From Octopus sinensis (lineage: Eukaryota): a stretch of 11,261 nt of DNA. A model generated the notes under the pieces. It worked only from the letters and a program-made list of their open reading frames with translations, had not been told where the DNA came from and did no database searches. Both the position numbers and the translations under genes were made by a program. The DNA is taken from NCBI RefSeq assembly GCF_006345805.1, contig NW_021827047.1, positions 1 to 11,261 of the forward strand, in the 5' to 3' direction. Positions 8,094-11,261 of the stretch are shown piece after piece (the stretch's first letter is position 1; each line of letters begins with the position of its first letter).

Positions 8094-8616
8094 ATGTAGT
8101 AATGTAGATAAACACAAGTTATGCTCCTCTAGCTCTCCCCAACAGGCTAGTACGTACACACGTACACACGTACACACGCCACACGCATATACGTCACTAA
8201 AGTGACAGAGGGTAATAAGTAGTACCAGCCTTGTTAGAATTAAGACTCAAAACAACCCAATAACCAAAGAAACGTATGATTGATAAGGAGAGACAAGTTC
8301 CCTATTGGACATAGCTAGATCGCCGGTGATCTTGAATGTTGATGAAGAGCATCTTAACTCTCCTCAGATTGACCCTCCAAACACTCTGAAATGTTCGTAT
8401 TGGTGCATCCGTCGCGAATGCCAAGCAGTAGAGCATCTCGTTCCCAAATTTCTGCCAGATGCTGTTCTCCTCACTGACGGTGCCAAAGTAACACTACTAT
8501 ACTGTGCAGTCGACAAAATCAAAAACAAAGTACGTGCGCGAAATTAAAAAACATAAACTGGTAACACTTTATCCATCGCAACTTCTGAGTGTGTTTGTGT
8601 GTATATGTATGTATGC

Positions 8617-8620
<4 letters not shown>

Positions 8621-8649
<29 letters not shown>

Positions 8650-8700
8650 TGTATGTATGTATGTATGTATGTATGTATGTATGTATGTATGTATGTATGT
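8621..8700. repeat. (ATGT)n tetranucleotide microsatellite
   Basis: 20 consecutive ATGT units. Confidence 0.98.
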
Positions 8701-8705
8701 ACGTA

Positions 8706-8739
<34 letters not shown>

Positions 8740-8845
8740 CTAAGGGGAAAAATTTGAATATTAATTTGATTAATATCAATTTAAAACCAATGGTCTAGCA
8801 TATAGAAAAATCTGAAGAATCAGAAAAATATTTTACATAAATATA

Positions 8846-9096
8846 AGTGGGATGACCACTAAGTGGATATCCATTATGCTAGAAGTCGACCGTCTATTGT
8901 CTTATCACTAAGAAAGGAATGTTCTCAAGAAAATTTAGCAAATGCCAGAACGTAAGCGAGCAAGACAAATGAAAAGATACAAAATATACAGATTAATCAC
9001 TAATCAGTTTTTCATGAAAACATTCCTTTCTAAGTGGTAAGACCATAGAGGGTCGACTTCTAGCATAATGGATGTCCACTCAGTGGTCATCCCCCT
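8846..9096. mobile_element. 251-bp MITE with 88-bp terminal inverted repeats and TA flanks
   Basis: 8846-8933 and the reverse complement of 9009-9096 align without gaps at 79/88. The spacer is 75 bp. TA lies at 8844-8845 and 9097-9098, which suggests the Tc1/mariner superfamily. Confidence 0.9.
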
Positions 9097-9128
9097 TATA
9101 TGTATGTATATATATATATATATATGCT

Positions 9129-9219
9129 GTTGTTGTATATTCCTTCACGAGTAATACCTGGCTCATAAGGGCCGGTATACCGATTTCATTAGCGTATAGG
9201 TTCCCCACCTGGACGGGAT
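9129..9219 (-). mobile_element. Probable 3' fragment of a further SINE family
   Basis: Minus reads ATCCCGTCCAGGTGGGGAACCTATACGCTAATGAAATCGGTATACCGGCCCTTATGAGCCAGG...GAAGG followed by an AACAAC-like tail. It resembles invertebrate SINE 3' halves (recall only). Confidence 0.5.
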
Positions 9220-9230
9220 ATATATGCATA

Positions 9231-9596
9231 GAGTGGCGGACTGGGTATAAAAGTATTGGTTGCCAGGAGACAAAGGGGTCCCACCTGCAACTACAAGGGG
9301 GCCCACCTGCAACTACAAGGGGGCCCACCTGCAACTACAAGGGGGCCCACCTGCAACTACAATGCTATCATTTAATTTTTTTATATTTTTGTTAAAAGTA
9401 TTCTTTTCAACTGCAAACAAACTCAGGCAGGTTGAAATAATTAGTGCATTCTTTCAGGAGTGAATAAGAAATACTGAAACTTTAGGGGATGAGCTCCTTA
9501 GATACTAACATGCCCCCCCCACACACATATAGATTCTAATGGCGCAGGGGCCCACTTGCCATCGGGCAAGCTGGCAACTTGGTCAGTCTGCCACTG
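9231..9596. mobile_element. 366-bp non-autonomous DNA transposon (MITE) with short TIRs
   Basis: Left GAGTGGCGGACTG and right reverse complement CAGTGGCAGACTG match at 11/13. A subterminal GTTGCCAG occurs at both ends in inverted orientation, and GGGGCCC motifs are present. TA lies on both flanks, but the 8-bp flanks do not match, so hAT versus Tc1/mariner is unresolved. Confidence 0.65.
9273..9362 (+). repeat. 22-bp minisatellite, 4 copies (AAGGGGGCCCACCTGCAACTAC)
   Basis: Units start at 9273, 9295, 9317 and 9339. There is one substitution in unit 1 and no spacers. Confidence 0.98.
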
Positions 9597-9615
9597 TACA
9601 TCCATATATGTATTA

Positions 9616-9663
<48 letters not shown>
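9616..9663. repeat. (TATC)12 microsatellite
   Basis: Directly visible. Confidence 0.98.
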
Positions 9664-9666
<3 letters not shown>

Positions 9667-9826
9667 TTTCTTTTTTATTTTATCCCCCCCTTTTTTGTCC
9701 TCTTTCTTTCCATTTACAGTCCCTTTTGATCGAAAACCAACCCCCTTCTTTTACCCCAAAAAGAAAAGCTCTACCTCGTAATTTTGTCCTGTCTGTATGC
9801 AGCCCTGTGTGGCTAATAAAGAAACA
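9664..9826 (+). mobile_element. Possible 5'-truncated LINE 3' end inside a (TATC)n array
   Basis: 163 bp of pyrimidine-rich sequence ending GCCCTGTGTGGCTAATAAAGAAAC (AATAAA 9815-9820), with (TATC)n on both sides. Confidence 0.4.
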
Positions 9827-10056
<230 letters not shown>

Positions 10057-10351
10057 ACTATATACAAGCTACTGAATTTCTTGTGTATATAAAAAGATTC
10101 ACTACTTGTTACTCTGGGATCGGTCAAATGATGTAAACACCTTTGAGAACCAATAAGGTTCGAAAACTAATTAAGGTTACTCATCACTATCAATCTACGG
10201 AAACAGTTAAATTTACCAGTTTGTGTGTCTAAGGTGGGAAAGCATGTATATAAACACGTACAGACACACACACACACTGACACTCACACAAACACAAACG
10301 CACACACACATTCACACAAATACTATATATGTATACAAATATGTATGTATG

Positions 10352-10791
10352 TATTCTTTTACATGTCTCAGTCATTTCACTGTGACCATGCTAGAGCACT
10401 GTCTTAGAGGGTTTTAGTCAAACAAATGAAGGCCAGGACTTATTCTTTGTAAGCTTGTACCCACTCTATCGGCGTCTTTAGCCGAACCGCTAAGTTACGG
10501 CGACGTAAACACACTAACATCGGTTGTCAAGTGATGGTGAAGGAACGAACACAGACACAAAGACACACAAACAAATAAATACATACATAATACAAACACA
10601 CACGCACACACATATATAGGACGGGGTTCTTCCAGATTCCGTCTACCGAATCAGCTCACAAGGCTTTGGTTAGTCCGTGTCTATTATGGCTGTAGTGGAA
10701 GACACTCGTCCAAGGCGCCATGCAGTGCGACTGAACCCGAAACCATGTGGTTGTGAAGACAAATTTCTTACCACACACCCATGCCTGCGCC
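10352..10791 (-). mobile_element. SINE family A, full-length but more diverged copy
   Basis: Same modules as 7321-7729 (head GGCGCAGGCATGGGTGTGTGGTAAG, B box GGTTCAGTCGC, internal microsatellite, 3' tail) with more substitutions and small insertions. Probably an older subfamily. Confidence 0.9.
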
Positions 10792-11261
10792 TATATGTGT
10801 GTATATATACATATATACATATATATAATTGTAATTGTCATTTTAGTAAATAAATAAGTTGACATAGTATAATGGCTAAAAGTTGATGACCCACCTATTG
10901 ATCCCTCCATTTTCTTATTGCTCTCTCTCCTCTCTCTCTCTCATATATATATATATATTATATATATATATATATAGATATATTATATCTACACTATATA
11001 GGATGAAGTTTCGTACAGAAAAAATTTCATCAAATAGTGGCAGCATATTAAAATACCTTAAAGGTTAAAATTATAAACAATTTATATACAAGGGCAAAAG
11101 AAGGGCATGGAAATAATTTTCTTTTGCCCCGTTTATATATATATATATATATATATTTATACACGCGTTTAGACTGACGATTTAGAAACACTAATGAAAC
11201 AAACCTGATTTTACTCTTGTCACCTCATCTACTACACCATCAAGTCCATTGTTCCATAGCA

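Noticed and set aside
9273-9362. 22-bp repeat as a CRISPR array or repeat-protein gene
   Set aside because: The units are head-to-tail with no unique spacers, there are no cas genes, the context is eukaryotic, and 22 is not a multiple of 3.
9223-9604. 8-bp hAT-type TSD around the 366-bp MITE
   Set aside because: The flanks TATGCATA and TACATCCA match at only 3/8, so no hAT call was made.

Overview
AT-rich eukaryotic non-coding DNA, dense in microsatellites and transposon relics. The SINE families and repeat density resemble an octopus (coleoid cephalopod) genome; this is from recall, not a database search. No intact protein-coding gene, true tRNA/rRNA gene or CRISPR array is supported. From left to right: a decayed IR/DR-type Tc1 transposon (1-1014, minus); a second Tc1/mariner relic with N- and C-terminal fragments on opposite strands (1027-1460); a co-oriented stack of SINE head, LINE-like body with a 95-aa ORF and SINE body (1574-2994, minus); a CORE-like SINE; a Penelope-like relic with a degenerate hammerhead-like motif; a palindrome made of two retroposon 3' tips; four more copies of a ~400-bp tRNA-derived SINE, two of them tail-to-tail; two MITEs; and a LINE-like 3' end inside a (TATC)n array. 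There are weak hints of minus-strand host exons. I see no clear new biological system. The best leads are unusual retroposon and transposon architectures, and all need a genome-wide copy search.
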